DNA of 64,000 bases from Paragordius varius (GCA_964247055.1 OZ176052.1:4402001-4466000); one strand, 5' to 3'; shown: positions 1 to 13,252, counted from the first letter of the stretch. Notes: generated from the letters alone by a model not told the origin. Translations and numbers: made by a program.

Positions 1-556
1 TATTAATAATTAACAAGGCAAAACATTAAAAACAAAAATATTTAAAATCTTCATAAATTACAAACCTGATATTTTTACCTACATCTATTTATAATAATTA
101 TATCAAATAGAAAAATATAAATTTTGCATAATACCTATTTATTAATTTATTAACCATTAAAATCCACAAAATTCGCATCTAACTACGCGTCAACATTAAA
201 ACAAATGTTAACCATAAATTTCCATAAAATATCCATCAAGTTAAGCCTATATTAATTTTCACGTCTATCCTCTTTAAAATTGACAAATAATTTTGTGGAT
301 CAGTATTTTTAACATTTAATAAACCATTTCTTTACATGGCCAGCTATAAATTTAGTTAACAGACACTAAAATGCATACTCAATATTAACGTATTAAAATT
401 AATAAAATAGCAATTGATACATTAAATTAATAATGGTCATATTATAAAGATTTGTTGTTATTGTTGTTATATTTATGAAAAATAGTTTTTCATTAGTTTA
501 ATAAATAATATATATTAATTTGGGTTTATGATAATTGAATGTTTTTGCAATAATAG

Positions 557-1139
557 CACCTTATCTTTCCTCATCATTACAAAAATACAATAACCCTTCG
601 CCTGTCGATGAAGAAAGAATTCTAAATGCATTACCTAATATTTCAAATCCTTTTACGTTACACAATGTAAAAAGTGTAGGACCAGCTGTAAATAACTCAT
701 TATGTCCAGTTTGTTTAAATACAAATGAAGAATATAAAAATTATCAGAAATCATCCCATCTTCAACATAATATTGGCCAAGTCAGTTTTTTGTAAAATGA
801 ATAAATTACTAGTTGTAAATCAAATAAACTTTATATTTTGGTGTGTATCATAAGTAAACTTAAATGAAATAAATTATATCATTGCTAACAAAAGTTTTCT
901 AATTTTATTTAGGGCACAGACAACGATAAATTTCTTGAAAAAATTAATATGATTGGTAAATTATTCAATAAACCGTTATCGGAAACATCCAAATCTAAAA
1001 ACTTTGAAACAATTTTCGCCTTGTTATCGGATAGTTTGGCTAAAGATGGTTTAACAAAGGTACGTTTACATTTTTGAAAATGGAAATAAATATTTGAATT
1101 TTTTTTAAGAATTATATGTTTGATAAAATCGTTAGATAA
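557..1139 (+). CDS. Hypothetical protein, 3' exons only (557-780, 913-1059, 1110-1139); upstream exon(s) not identified
   Basis: Phase-consistent AG/GT-bounded exons: (A)PYLSSSLQKY...HNIGQ | GTDNDKFLEK...DGLTK | NYMFDKIVR*. Donors are gtcagt and gtacgt. No homology recognised and no in-frame ATG found. Confidence 0.55.
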
Positions 1140-1233
1140 CCATGAAAGCTCATTTAACAAATGAATCAGAAGCCAATCCATTTCCATTGGATTGAAATTA
1201 ATCTCAAAAGCATTCATTATACAGTAAAAACTG

Positions 1234-1506
1234 AAATTTTACGGATAAAACGTAAAAATAGAAAGACAAATATTTTTTCTAAAAGACAACCATATTTTTT
1301 AAATCTTGACTTATTTCAATATACCTCATTGTTTTATATGGCAAAGTGTAAAATAGAGATATATAATACTTACACAATCAATTCTATATTTTACTGTTGT
1401 AACTAAGCAGCTTATATGGGAAGGATTAAGGTTTTAAAAAGTATGGTTGTCTTTTAGTAAAAAATATATGTCTTTATATTTTTACGTTTTGTCCATATAA
1501 TTTCAA
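1234..1506. mobile_element. Small inverted-repeat element (MITE-like)
   Basis: Arm acggataaaacgtaaaaatagaaagacaaatatttt...aaaagacaaccatattttt (~1238-1302) recurs reverse-complemented at ~1432-1505. Related arms occur at ~12680-12740 and ~29250-29420. Confidence 0.6.
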
Positions 1507-1813
1507 TTTGTAGTGTATTTAATACCAAATATATCATATTATTTATATTTTATATGCATATCTATTTAATGGCTACCTATTAAAAATAAACAAAAATTTA
1601 ACATATATCTTTTATAATTATTCAGCTTGAGAGAGCTGTAAGGTATAATTAAACATACAAGGTTAATGAAATTTATGTTTTTTTATAAAAATGTTTCTTT
1701 AATTTTGATAATATTAGATGTACAAAAGACAGGGACTTGTAGACATGTAAAATAAATTGTTTTTAAAAAAACAAAGGATCTTATATTGATATCGGTAAGT
1801 TATTATATTTCAT

Positions 1814-4800
1814 TCATGCAGCAACATGTGTCATTCCGGATTGCCAATACCCAGGACCGGCCTTAAAAAATAAAAAGAGTTATGAAAAAAAATTAATCAA
1901 ATAAAAATAAATTTATTGCAATACGTAATATCAACGTACCTGGTTAGGAACATTGGTGGGCCCTTTGTCCAATACAGTTGAATCTAAAGAATAAATAATT
2001 TATATCATTATAAAGTTATGCAAAAATCAATGTCAATATATGTAAAAAATTGACCTACAAAAAACGATGGGTGGCAAGTAAAAAGATATATATAATATTT
2101 CATTCAGAAAAAAATCTCTAATCATTCCCTCAGTGTTATATTATACAAATTCGAAAAGTCCGATTACATGCATGTTTCCATTAGTAATACATATAGGTAT
2201 AATCAACTTTTATAAAAAAAATTTATATACCAGTTGGATTTGTTGCAGTTCCAGAGGGTACATTACCAGTCCCAGAATAATAGTTGGGGACTGTTGTACT
2301 ACCAGAGTTTGCAGGAGTAGCGGAATTGTAAGGAGGAACTGTTTCTAGCATAGAAGCCAAGGCTTGCGTATGATAAGCCAAAGCTCGACATCGATAAATT
2401 ATACGTTGGTATGGTGGCACAACGTTAACATTCACCAAAAGATGTTTCTAAAACATCAATAGAAATTACAGTAAGCATTTTTATGGTTGCTTAATTTCAA
2501 ACTATAGTAGGGCAATTCGTAACACAGGAATGTATGAAAAAAAGAAAGGAAATAATTGTACAATATTTTGTTTATTCCATATACTACTCTGTTGCAAATT
2601 TCCCAACTATATAAAATAAACAACCATTAAAATTTATACGGTAAAATATGGCAAATAAATTACCATGTATCGATAGATATAATTATTCAAATAAATTTTA
2701 CATATTTCATAATTTATATTCGTTGACAAAAAAATAATATTTATTTAAAAGGGTCCATCAAACAAACCTTTTCAAAATCAATTTTGGCATCTATTCTATT
2801 GAGCTTTATTAGATTTGCAATCCAAGTTTCTGTTTCATCCACCTCCATATTCAATTGTGTAGCCAAATCCCTTCAATTAAAAATAGATATGGTTTTTTTA
2901 ATAAAATATAAATCTAATCATCGTAATCTGAATCATTAAAATAAATATTTTTTTAAAAAAATTTGATTTGTCATATCAAAAAATTCTATTGCATACCCTA
3001 AGCTTAAGCATTGATGGATCTTGCAAAGTTTTTCCAAAATCATTTGTCTAATAGCTTCCATACATTCATCTTTCAAGGGCATGAGAAAAAAATCCGCGTC
3101 TAATAACTAAAGATAGTTTAATAAAGTTCTGAAATATTTATTTTATTCAATTGATGATTATCAGATTACGCATTAAATTTATCTATATTCCAACTATAAG
3201 ATTGATAACTACTATTGCTTAATCGAACTTTATTTATCTTGTTATAATTATATGAATCAAAAATGGCATGGCATTAAAAAAATAAATAAACTTGTTACAA
3301 TTATATACATGATTTTTCAGTCAAAATCAAATTTTTTGAAGTGCAACATTTTTTCATGCAAACGCAAAATTTAGTGCCTGAAAAATGTTGCCTTTGCTTG
3401 AAAGTTGCGTTCGATTGAAAAGTTGACTGAAAAATGGTATATAATTACAAACCCTTTTCACATCAAACCTTTGCCAAAAAAGTCCTATTTAAAAACAAAA
3501 ATTTACAAAATATTTTTATTCCAATCAACTTGCGCAGCGTTTCAAATATAATTCCAATTAAATAAAGTATTTTGGCAGCCAAATTACAAACTTTCGGATA
3601 AAATTGTGTGCGTGTGTAAAAAAATGATGGTAAATAATACCAAAGAACATTGCGTTAAACATGTTTGAGCCTTTTGTATGTCACATTCGACGAATAGGTT
3701 CAACATGAAATCAAGCAGGGCATCTGTATAGGCATAAGATTCCTGCTTAACAATCTTAATCAGGTCTCGAATGCCTTGTTTTTTGCGTTTACTGGTTATG
3801 AGAGCCGCGGTTAAATAACGTAACAAATGGGGACATACCGTTTGAATAATGTTGAGATAGCTATAAAATGATTATCTTTTATTTTATCAAAAATTTATTT
3901 CTTTATTTTTTCGTTAAATGGGTATAAATAATTGGTAAAGAATGGAAAAAACAAGAGCTCTATGATGGTATAAACAATATCATATACATTATAAAAAGTA
4001 TAAGAATTACCATGGGGCTCTTGTTTTTTCCATTCTTTACCAAATATTTATTTATACCCATTAAACATAAAAAAAATAAATTTTTGATAAAATAAAGGAT
4101 ACATAACTGTAATTTAATTTATGATCTTCTATATATAAATTGAGGTTAAAGATTTTGAAATTAAAAAGAATTTATGGTTATAATTTTCTGTTAATAAAAT
4201 ATACTGGTTTAGAGTCTAAATGAATTGATATTTTTATACCAGAGGTATTTAAAATTTTAGTAATATCTTAAAAAGTATTTAAGGTATTAAGAAGCCAAAA
4301 GGTAATGGAGTGCAAATAAAAAAAAAATTAATATGGGTATAAAAAGATAAATCCTTACGGCGTTTGATAAAGAAACAAATCAATCAGATATTCTCTCCCA
4401 TCAGGATGATTAAAGTAAACGAATAAACTCCAATGCAGTAACCACATTCTTTCTTTCAACAATTGCTTTGGATTTGATACCTAATATATATAAAAAATTA
4501 TGAAAACATTAATTTATATTTTTGAAATGTAGCTATGACAATAGGACGAAATTGGCTAAAATTTTAAAATATTTAAGAATAAATCAAGAAAATATATAAT
4601 ACAGTTGAGTATCATAATATATATTTATTAAGAAATCATTTAATTAAAAAAATCAATATATAAATATGTGACACTATTTATTGAATATTTTGATTAAAAA
4701 AGAAGATAAAAAATTATTCATCATATAAAACTTTCAAATTAATAACCCAATCCATTGTAAAAAGACGCCACGTTTGTTCTATCAAAATTAATTTATATTA

Positions 4801-6819
4801 TGTAAATAACGTTTGTTGGACGTATTAAAAAACTATATACCCTAGTATCAATCGTATCTTTAAGTTGTTTCAACTCATTCAAAGCATTATCCCATTCCTG
4901 GTCAAGTATGTCAGAAGCTAACTTGCCCCACAAAGCTGCAATAAAATTGGCATGGCTGATTGGAATCTAAATTAATAGATTTATGAAAAAAATTGACAAT
5001 CATGAACAATAAAATGAAAAAATTATATATTGACCGCCATATGAAGATACAAATTGGTAAAATATATTTATGAATTTTTTATCTAGTAAAGTGAATTTTT
5101 TTTGATTGGATAGCTAAAAAATACTGGCAGAGATATAAAATAAATTAAAATAAACCTTGAATGTCACTTATGTTTTGATATCAATTTCGGTACTGAATTT
5201 TAAGTTATTTTCATTATATTTTATATTAGAATGTAGAATTAACTGTTAAAAAATAAAATTTATATTGTTTAATATATAAAAATAAGATGTATAGGTTTTA
5301 AGCAACAAAAAACACCCTCATTTCTATATAGATAAAAATAAAGGTACATAAATGACAAATTATACAACAATGCTAATTATGTGGTTTGTGTAAACCAACC
5401 AATGATAAGTAGGAATCCAAAATTTCAGCGGCATATTTGTAATTCCCACATTCAAAATGTAGTTTTGCCAATTTGTACAAAATTTCTACGGCGGTTGGAT
5501 GAAAATTATAGGTTGAAAGTTGACTCAATTTTTCATACAGGGTGCGATAATCCCGTTCTTTGACAATCAATTCAGCAATTTCTGGGTCAGCTAACATTGA
5601 AGTTATTTCCTCAGCCTCCTTTTTGGTGTCTTTCAACTGATCCAATACAAGTTTACGTTTTTGAAGCAATTCTATAGTGTAACAAAGTTTTTGGTTCAAG
5701 TTAACGAAAATTTATTTTAATATATATTGCTTAATTTCCTTTTTGGAAATTTTTATGATAATAATAAAAAATCATTGAAATTATATGCAAGCTGTATAAT
5801 ATAGCCGTAATAATGTAGTTATATATTAGATAGTGTGTGAAAAATATGTTGTACACTATTCGAAAAATTTTAAAAAATTGTCATCAGATATTTACAGTGA
5901 TGTTTCCTTTATTTTATCAAAAATTTATTTTTTCGTTAAATAGGTATGTGGAAAAAACAAGAGCTCTATGGTATCAACAATATCATATTCATCAAAAAAA
6001 AGAGAAGTGTGGGAGAAGGGCATCGAAAAACTTGTATGTTAAATATAAGTTGTATTTTTGTTTAAACATTAATATTTTCGAAAAAAATAGTATAAAAATT
6101 TCCTAAATAATTAGCAAAAAACTTTAATACCAAACTCTTTGACATAATTTAAAGATGAATGGTTAATTTTTAGTGTATACTTAAACACATTTTTTACCAT
6201 ACAAGATTTCCAACGTCTTTCCCTCCACACTTCTTTTACTTTTTTGATAAATATGATATTGTTAGTACCATAGAGCTCTTGTTTTTTTTTCATTCTTTAA
6301 CAAATATTTAAGCCCATTTAACGAAAAAGATAAATTATCATTTACTTTTCAAATAATCTTGGAAAAATCATTTACATATGATGGGAATTAAGTAAACTTA
6401 GCGATCCAATGAAACAAATATTTAGACACCACTTTATAATTATTATACACCATCTTGATACATTTATTATAATAAATAACCCGACTGATTAACATTAATA
6501 CATAGTGACAAGATCATGTTTTGGGGAATTATTCGAGACGCTAAACCGTTCACTTAATTTAAAAATAAATGATGATTCAAAGACAAATTAGAGATATATA
6601 TTGGGCACATTATTATGCAAATAAATGACGACCCTGAGGACGTTTATAAAGATCGATACCGTGCTCGCAGCATTCAGGGTACCTTCCACAACCGGAACAG
6701 AAAAGGGGCTAACAATACTTAATATTTACGGTAACCAGAGAAGAAAGAAAATATTTGGTTGATTTCTTGTTCAATTAAATTTGGTCATATTACAGGCTCC
6801 GTTTATCACGTCGCAAAGA

Positions 6820-6855
<36 letters not shown>

Positions 6856-7986
6856 GAAAATTGATATGGATAAAAAAAACCAAACAGTTCAAACATTTAT
6901 GTTAATGAGCGCGCTTTCAAGAAGCATGAAACTAGTCAGCGATTAGTATGGTGGCAAAAGATTCGAGATATTACTTTATATAATCTTTTTTGATATAACA
7001 ATAAAAATTGATTTTAACACCCCATTACCTCTTGGAGAAGTTAATATTCCTTAGCAATTTGAAATTCAAGATTTTAACAAATATTTAAGATATTAAGCCG
7101 AATATAAAAATAGGCGCATTATACGAATTTTTTTAAAAAAATAGTAAAAAGCCTCACACCATTTTTTCGAGGATATTTTTAAATAATAACTAAAAAAACT
7201 TTCAGGCTACATTTTACCAGCAAAAACATAATATATTTTGATGTTGGTTTCAATCGAGTTTTGGAGCTGTCCCAATTTTAGACTCTAAAAGTGATGTATA
7301 AAATATAAGCGAACAATTTTTGATAATTAAATTTTAACTAATGTATTTATTACAAAATTGAGCTCTAGGATATAAAAGTAGCCCTAAAGGTAAACTAGAA
7401 AAAAGTGAAAAGGAAATAAAAAACAAAAATTAAAAATTTCGGTCATACGAAATGCATCTTTAAAATTTTTTTGGCACAAAAAGTTAAACCAAAAACATTT
7501 TGAATTTTAATATTTTTTAATAAAATCCTTGGCAAGAAAACAGTCCCTCTTTTATCAACTTCTGTTGACCCTAGTGAATAGTAATTAGTTTTATAAACAA
7601 GTGTTTAAAAACTAATTTAATCCTTTATTAATTGGTATGTTCAAAGTATAAAATTAAATTATCGTTATTTAAAATAATAATTATATTAAAAATTGTTTTT
7701 AAATTAAAATATAAAAACAACTGTTATATTTAGTTTTAACCAGTCATAACACTATATTTAACCTTCGGGTACTGGTATTTTGCAGGAGTTATATATTTCA
7801 ATCGAATAATCTATCATATTTGTTGATTGCAACAATTTCAATTTTATGTCAATTATGTCGTTTTGCTCATATAACTTTAATAAATTATAACTTTACTGGA
7901 TGATTGGTCATACTCTCTAACAAAGGAAAAATCAAATGCTTGTCCAAGTAAGGGGCAATCTTGGAAAATAAGTTATACTCAGCCAT
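1814..7986 (-). CDS. EIF3E: Eukaryotic translation initiation factor 3 subunit E (INT6), 11 exons, ~487 aa
   Basis: Exons 7986-7897, 7874-7763, 5671-5400, 4966-4841, 4480-4359, 3860-3641, 3106-2997, 2870-2768, 2447-2231, 1983-1940, 1861-1814. All introns are GT-AG and phases are consistent. Peptides [86 protein letters not shown] and [16 protein letters not shown] match eIF3e motifs. Confidence 0.96.
3872..4098. mobile_element. Foldback MITE in eIF3e intron 5
   Basis: ~95-bp inverted arms (attttatcaaaaatttat...ggaaaaaacaagagc) around a ~40-bp spacer. Confidence 0.7.
5903..6338. mobile_element. Longer member of the same foldback MITE family, in eIF3e intron 2 (second copy ~43320-43760)
   Basis: Same arm sequence (ttttatcaaaaatttat...gaaaaaacaagagctctatggta) with its reverse complement at ~6250-6338. 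Confidence 0.7.
6821..6854. repeat. (TA)n microsatellite, much shorter in duplicate copy B (~44240)
   Basis: Directly visible run. Confidence 0.9.
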
Positions 7987-9929
7987 GTGAACGACAATCT
8001 TTAGATGAATTCGTGAAAATTAAGATGGTTCATTGGTCTCCATGCAAAATAATGGCATAAAAATTATCTACACGAACGTTATTAATTTATAGTAATACTC
8101 ACCAAATCTTTATCAGATCTATATAATCAGTTTTTAAATTAAACCTTAGCTTCTACCAAGACCATTGTTTTTTATAGCAATTAAAATGGGATTATTTTAT
8201 TAAATTTTATATAAATAAATTTATTGTTTTTTAAATAAATATTTGATTATAATTTAGGTGCACTCGGTTATTGGTGGTAATTAAATTAAAAAAATATCGA
8301 ATCGCTTAGGAGGCCGAAATATTTTTTTATTGTTAAACAAATTTAATAAAAATGACATAAGTGTACCTTTTATGTCCTTAAATAGGAGGCTGTATAGTAA
8401 AAAGAGTCGTTAAGCACACTGTCAACAAAAAGTATCAGATATAGAATTATGATACAAATATGTAGGAAGATTACCATGGTCCTTTTTTGAACCTTATAAG
8501 TGATTTAACGTTGGTACACTTATTCATATCTGAAAATGGCGAAATTAGAGCACATTTGACATGATTTTTTGGAGGCAAGCTACGTGCTTTTTAAAAATTA
8601 CATCAAAATATATCATAAACTACATTATGGATAAACATTGGGTGGGGTAATAAAATATTTTTGACTTGACTTGCAAGTTTTTCAAGTCATGGCTTGCTTG
8701 CATGTGATAAAAAAATTTAACACTAGACTACTATAGTCAAGCAAAAAAATTGATTCGGAGGCGATAAATAATATGATGTAGGGCAGACTTGACAGATTTT
8801 AAAATATGGATAAATTTTTTTAATTAACTAATTTAGACTTTATATGTAATTTAAACCTTTGTTAAATTGTTTATTTGATTAATTTGGCTATTAACTTATT
8901 TAATTTGGGTAAAGAGAATAAATTTTTAAAAAACTCTGCTATATTTAAGAACAATGCATATGAAAATATGCCAAATATATCAATTCCGTGAAACCGCAAA
9001 AAATTTTGTTAAAATTAATAAATAAATAATAATTGTAAAATTTTAAATCTTATTTCAATAAACGTTTACTATTAATTAGTAGAGAATTTTTTACATCACG
9101 AATTTATTTCAAATGTAATGTTGATAATAGTTAAAAATAATATTATGTTTTATTGTATAAACATCTTTCCATTATATTTTCAAATGGACTCCTAATATGA
9201 GTAGGTGGGTAAAATAATAGAGATAGTTTTACGGGTCAATGGTGTCATCAACTTAAAAATTATTTCAGGGCTCAATATTTAGAAAAATTTATAATATTAT
9301 ATAAAATACGTGCCAGTAAGATTAAAAGATTTCAATAAATGCATATTGTATTAATTGTTTATCTTTGTGCCTTATTTCATAATATTTGGCTGAAAATACA
9401 AATAATATCAGTAAAATTGGAATTGGGTGGCAAAAAGACGTTACATTCATAGGCAAAGACTTGGCTCGAGTGTTTTTTTATCACCGATCTGCATGTATAT
9501 GCTGGCTTAAGTAAAATTGCTCGATTTGCCACCTTGACTTACAGGTCAAGTGCGCTTTTTTTTTACCCCACCCAGTATGTGTTTAATTATGAATCATCTA
9601 TTTTTCTAAATGGTTTATTCAAAGATAAATTTTGTTTATGAATTTTCAACCTTAAAATTAGGCAAAACTAATTTAAAAATCATAAAAATTAATTTAAATT
9701 AAATATTAGGATTACCTGGCTGATGCACCGGGCGCCATAGTTGAAGGTGGTGCCAGATTTATAAAAAAAAAATAAATTTTATTTCAAATAAATAAGAATA
9801 TAAAAGTCATTATATTAAATATTATTTTAAAAGATCACCCATTTATGAGTGGTCATGACCTTCTATCTTGATAAATTTCATTATAAGTATTACCATTATT
9901 TATATCTACTGTTATCCTTATTTATTATA

Positions 9930-10400
9930 TCTCTCCACTTTATCTTTAAGTGCCTACCTTTCTTAACCTCAGCATGTTTATATCATTACGTAACCTATCT
10001 TATTTGATCAAATTGACCAACACATACAAGGATAAAATTTGTTGATTTTCTTTCAAATTATGTATATTTATTTTCTAAATGCCACCCATTATGCTATAAT
10101 TCTTTCAATTAAAATTGATATTATAAGAAACAAATTTCGAAATTGTTGATTATTTTTTTTCCCTAATTTAAGGCATGGTATACCATCTACATCTGCATAT
10201 ATTATGCCTCCCTTTTCTATTTTTGTTTCCCACTGTAATGCCGAAGGATTGCCATTTTTTTCGGACGCAAGCCATTATTCAAAAAAAATTTAAGGCCACG
10301 CATATGCAGTTTGAATCTGCTTTTATACAACATCTATATTTAACTAGGTCAAACTTTTCGCACAAAAACCACGATTTCGGTACCTAAATTTCAAATTTAA
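9930..10400 (-). mobile_element. Degraded piggyBac-like transposase relic (copy at ~47300-47760)
   Basis: Minus-strand fragments ACVRKNGNPSALQWETKIEKGGIIYADVDGIPCLK, GQFDQ and RHLKIKW resemble the piggyBac GTVRKNR..KLKKGE...CLKW, GVDxxDQ and RKTxKW motifs. Many stops and frameshifts. Confidence 0.5.
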
Positions 10401-10621
10401 ATTTATGAAAATTGTTTAGCTTCTTATTTATTATTTATGTTGGAATAAATGATAATTTTTGGATAAAAACATTTAATTTTTACCAAGCGCTAATTTTGCT
10501 ACAAGGCTTAAAACTAAACCATATAATTCTGATACATTTTCTTCCATATACATAATTCATCATTGTTTTTTTTGTTACTCCCCCCCACCGATTTTGTGGA
10601 CATTATATTTCAATTCTATAA

Positions 10622-12666
10622 CACAGTGCGCACAAAAAATAAACAAACATGATTTTTGTCTAGAATAATAAGAAATCCCTTGGAAAAGGAGACCCCAAAA
10701 ATTTTGGGGCAAAAATGCGCCCCAAAATTGAAATATTTCATTTTTTCATTTTTGACTAGAAATAGATTTTTGTCCATATTTTTAAAATTTATTGAGCAAA
10801 CATGATAAAACTTTTATATATTATATAAAACCTAATATATTATTAAGAAAAATACATAAAACTATTTTAAAGTATCAATAATTTTTTTTATTCCACAAAA
10901 ATAGAAATTCGTAAATTTTATGATATTGTCAAAATATATTATAAAAAAATTATTTGTAAGAACTCCATATTGTTTTTATTATTTAAGTTTAGGACTTATA
11001 TATAACATACCAAAGAGTTGGTATATATAATAAAGGCTATGTATCTTTTTAAGTCCCTCAAAAAAATTGTATTTTTTGTACAATTTTCGCGATTTTTGTT
11101 GCATTTTCCTCACATGCTTCTCTCTGTTTCATAATACAGTATCAGTATCAGTAATCCGCAATTTTCAAAGAATACTGAAAAAACCAATAAAACTTCAAGA
11201 TTATGAAATTCCCATTACATTACTTTGGATAAATTTTTATATATTATTTAATCTATAGATAATAAATTTAATTAAAGACCTCTTGATATACAGAAAGCAG
11301 CATCGGAAATATGAATAGCTTTTTTTGCTATATACATTATATTTAGCGTTTTAAATAAAATTCTATTTGTATTCACGTATATTTTCTCTATATAATTTTA
11401 GTTACAAAATAGAATTTTCCTTGCACCAAAATTATTCTGACATTTGTAAATAATCTACTTCCAGAAACTCTATTGCAAAATTAGAAATCTAACAATTATT
11501 GCAATTATATATATTGAAAAACTGATATTAAATGGATTTATTTTTATTCGATAGATTTTATAATTTTTTTACAATAAGAATATTTAATTAGGTTTCAACA
11601 AAATTTTAAAATAAAAATGTTCCGGTCTTATAAAAATATTGTCAATTACAAACTTCGTTTGCAAAAATTGCTCCTGCAACATCTCTTCAAGTCTAATTCA
11701 ACAACAACACTTAAAATACATATAAGAATTTAAATTTATTTATACATAATGAATATATTAGTCAAACATAAAGTGATTCCAATAGTATTCACCAACTATT
11801 GGAACTAGTATAGTTTTTTTCTATATGTTTGAGCGTATGGAACCGTTCTTCATCCTGGTCACCGGAATTAGTATAATTACCTTGCTGTGGCTCATATTTC
11901 CTTGTAATGAACTAATTTCCCAGCAAAATACATGTTGTAAAAGGTAATTATTTGTTCAGTTATTTTAATCAAATTTGTAGGGCGATGATACCTTGCACAT
12001 ATATAGCAGAAAAGGTCTTTATTCAATTTGCAATTGAATTTTTTAACTATGTTATTAAATAATATATATACTTTTATATAAAGTAAAGGTTTCATAATCT
12101 TGAAGTTTTATTGGTTTTTTCAGTATTCTTTGAAAATTGCGGATTACTGATACTGTATTTATGAAACAGTGAGAAGCATGTGAGGAAAATGCAACAAAAA
12201 TCGCGAAAATTTTTCAAAAAATACAAATTTTTTGAGGGACTTAAAAGGATACATAGCCTTTATTATATATATACCAACTTTTTGGTATGTTATATATAAG
12301 TCATAAACTTAAATAATAATAACAATATGGAGTTCTTACAAATAATTTTTTTATAATATATTTTGACAACATAAAATTTACGAACTTCTATTTTTGTGGA
12401 ATAAAAAAATTATTGATACTTTAAAATAATTTTATGTATTTTTCTTAAGAATATATTAGGTTTTATATAAATCATGTTTGCTCAATAAATTTTAAAATAT
12501 GGACAAAAATCTATTTCTAGTCAAAAATGAAAAAATGGAATATTTCAATTTTGGGGCGCATTTTTGCCCCAAAATTTTTGGGGTCTCCTTTTCCAAGGGA
12601 TTTCTTATTATTCTAGATAAAAATCATGTTTGTTTATTTTTTTACCCCCCTTTTTTGCGCACAGTG
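10622..12666 (-). mobile_element. Non-autonomous CMC/Chapaev3-type DNA transposon with ~580-bp inverted repeats
   Basis: Termini CAC...GTG with TAA duplicated on both sides (10619-21, 12667-69). Arms 10622-11208 and 12090-12666. The internally deleted transposase remnant reads CKLNKDLFCYICARY...YNMYFAGKL joined to DQDEERFH(Q)TLKHIEKNY...GEYYW, matching the Chapaev3 FCYICG and GERFHQD...DYCW motifs. Confidence 0.8.
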
Positions 12667-12781
12667 TAACAAATTACCAGTATACGGATAAAACAAAAAT
12701 TAAACGACAAATATTTTTTAAAAAAGGCAATTGTTCTTTTATAACACTTAATATATAATGCCTCCGCAGTATGGTTTAGAA

Positions 12782-13009
12782 CAGGATGGCCCAACACAAA
12801 TGCTTTCCTTGGGTCGCATTTTTAACTCGAAAAAACCGGCGTGCTGCATTGAAATATATAAGTGGGTGTAATTATTTTGTTTCTTCATATTCGTTGCCTA
12901 TTGAATAGACTTATTCCGAATATTTGTGTAAACAATATTATTTTTCGAGTATAATTTTACAAATTTCGCGGATTATGATGTTCAAGAAGGCCGATGTTGG
13001 ATACCCCTG
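12782..13009. mobile_element. hAT (Buster/Charlie-like) MITE; copy B 49906-50133
   Basis: TIRs cagg(g/a)tg(c/g)ccaac and gttggatacccctg. 8-bp TSD gtttagaa / gttcagaa. Confidence 0.8.
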
Positions 13010-13252
13010 GTTCAGAAAATATGATTAATCTTATAAAAAATATTTGCTTTTATTAAATACGTTTTGTCTGTTTAATTTTTGGAAATTAGAGTTGGCAACA
13101 AACAAAAAATTAAAGTTTTATTTTTTTAATATATCTTGCCAATAACTTTTAATTTGGTTTAAAATTTATAATTTAAAAAAATTGAGAGTATACTAAATCG
13201 CTCTTTTCTTTAATTGTTTTTTAACAAGACACGAAAATAAGATTGTACAAAA

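Noticed and set aside
909-1217. Minus-strand ORFs 909-1217, 34794-35039 and 41947-42399 and similar track ORFs
   Set aside because: They are antisense shadows of real exons or of the LINE, or they lie within MITEs.
6540-6790. LINE endonuclease relic (LTILNIYG)
   Set aside because: A single short motif amid stops, with no supporting RT sequence.
9380-9620. pogo/Tigger transposase relic (GGKS..., VFLPPN on the minus strand) and ORF 46744-47022
   Set aside because: Only two short motif resemblances; not enough to call.
9710-9760. U1 snRNA-like sequence (ttacctggc...gaaggtggt)
   Set aside because: The 5' end does not match ATACTTACCTG, there is no stem-loop II (ATTGCAC) or Sm site downstream, and the motif is simply the complement of a donor-like site.
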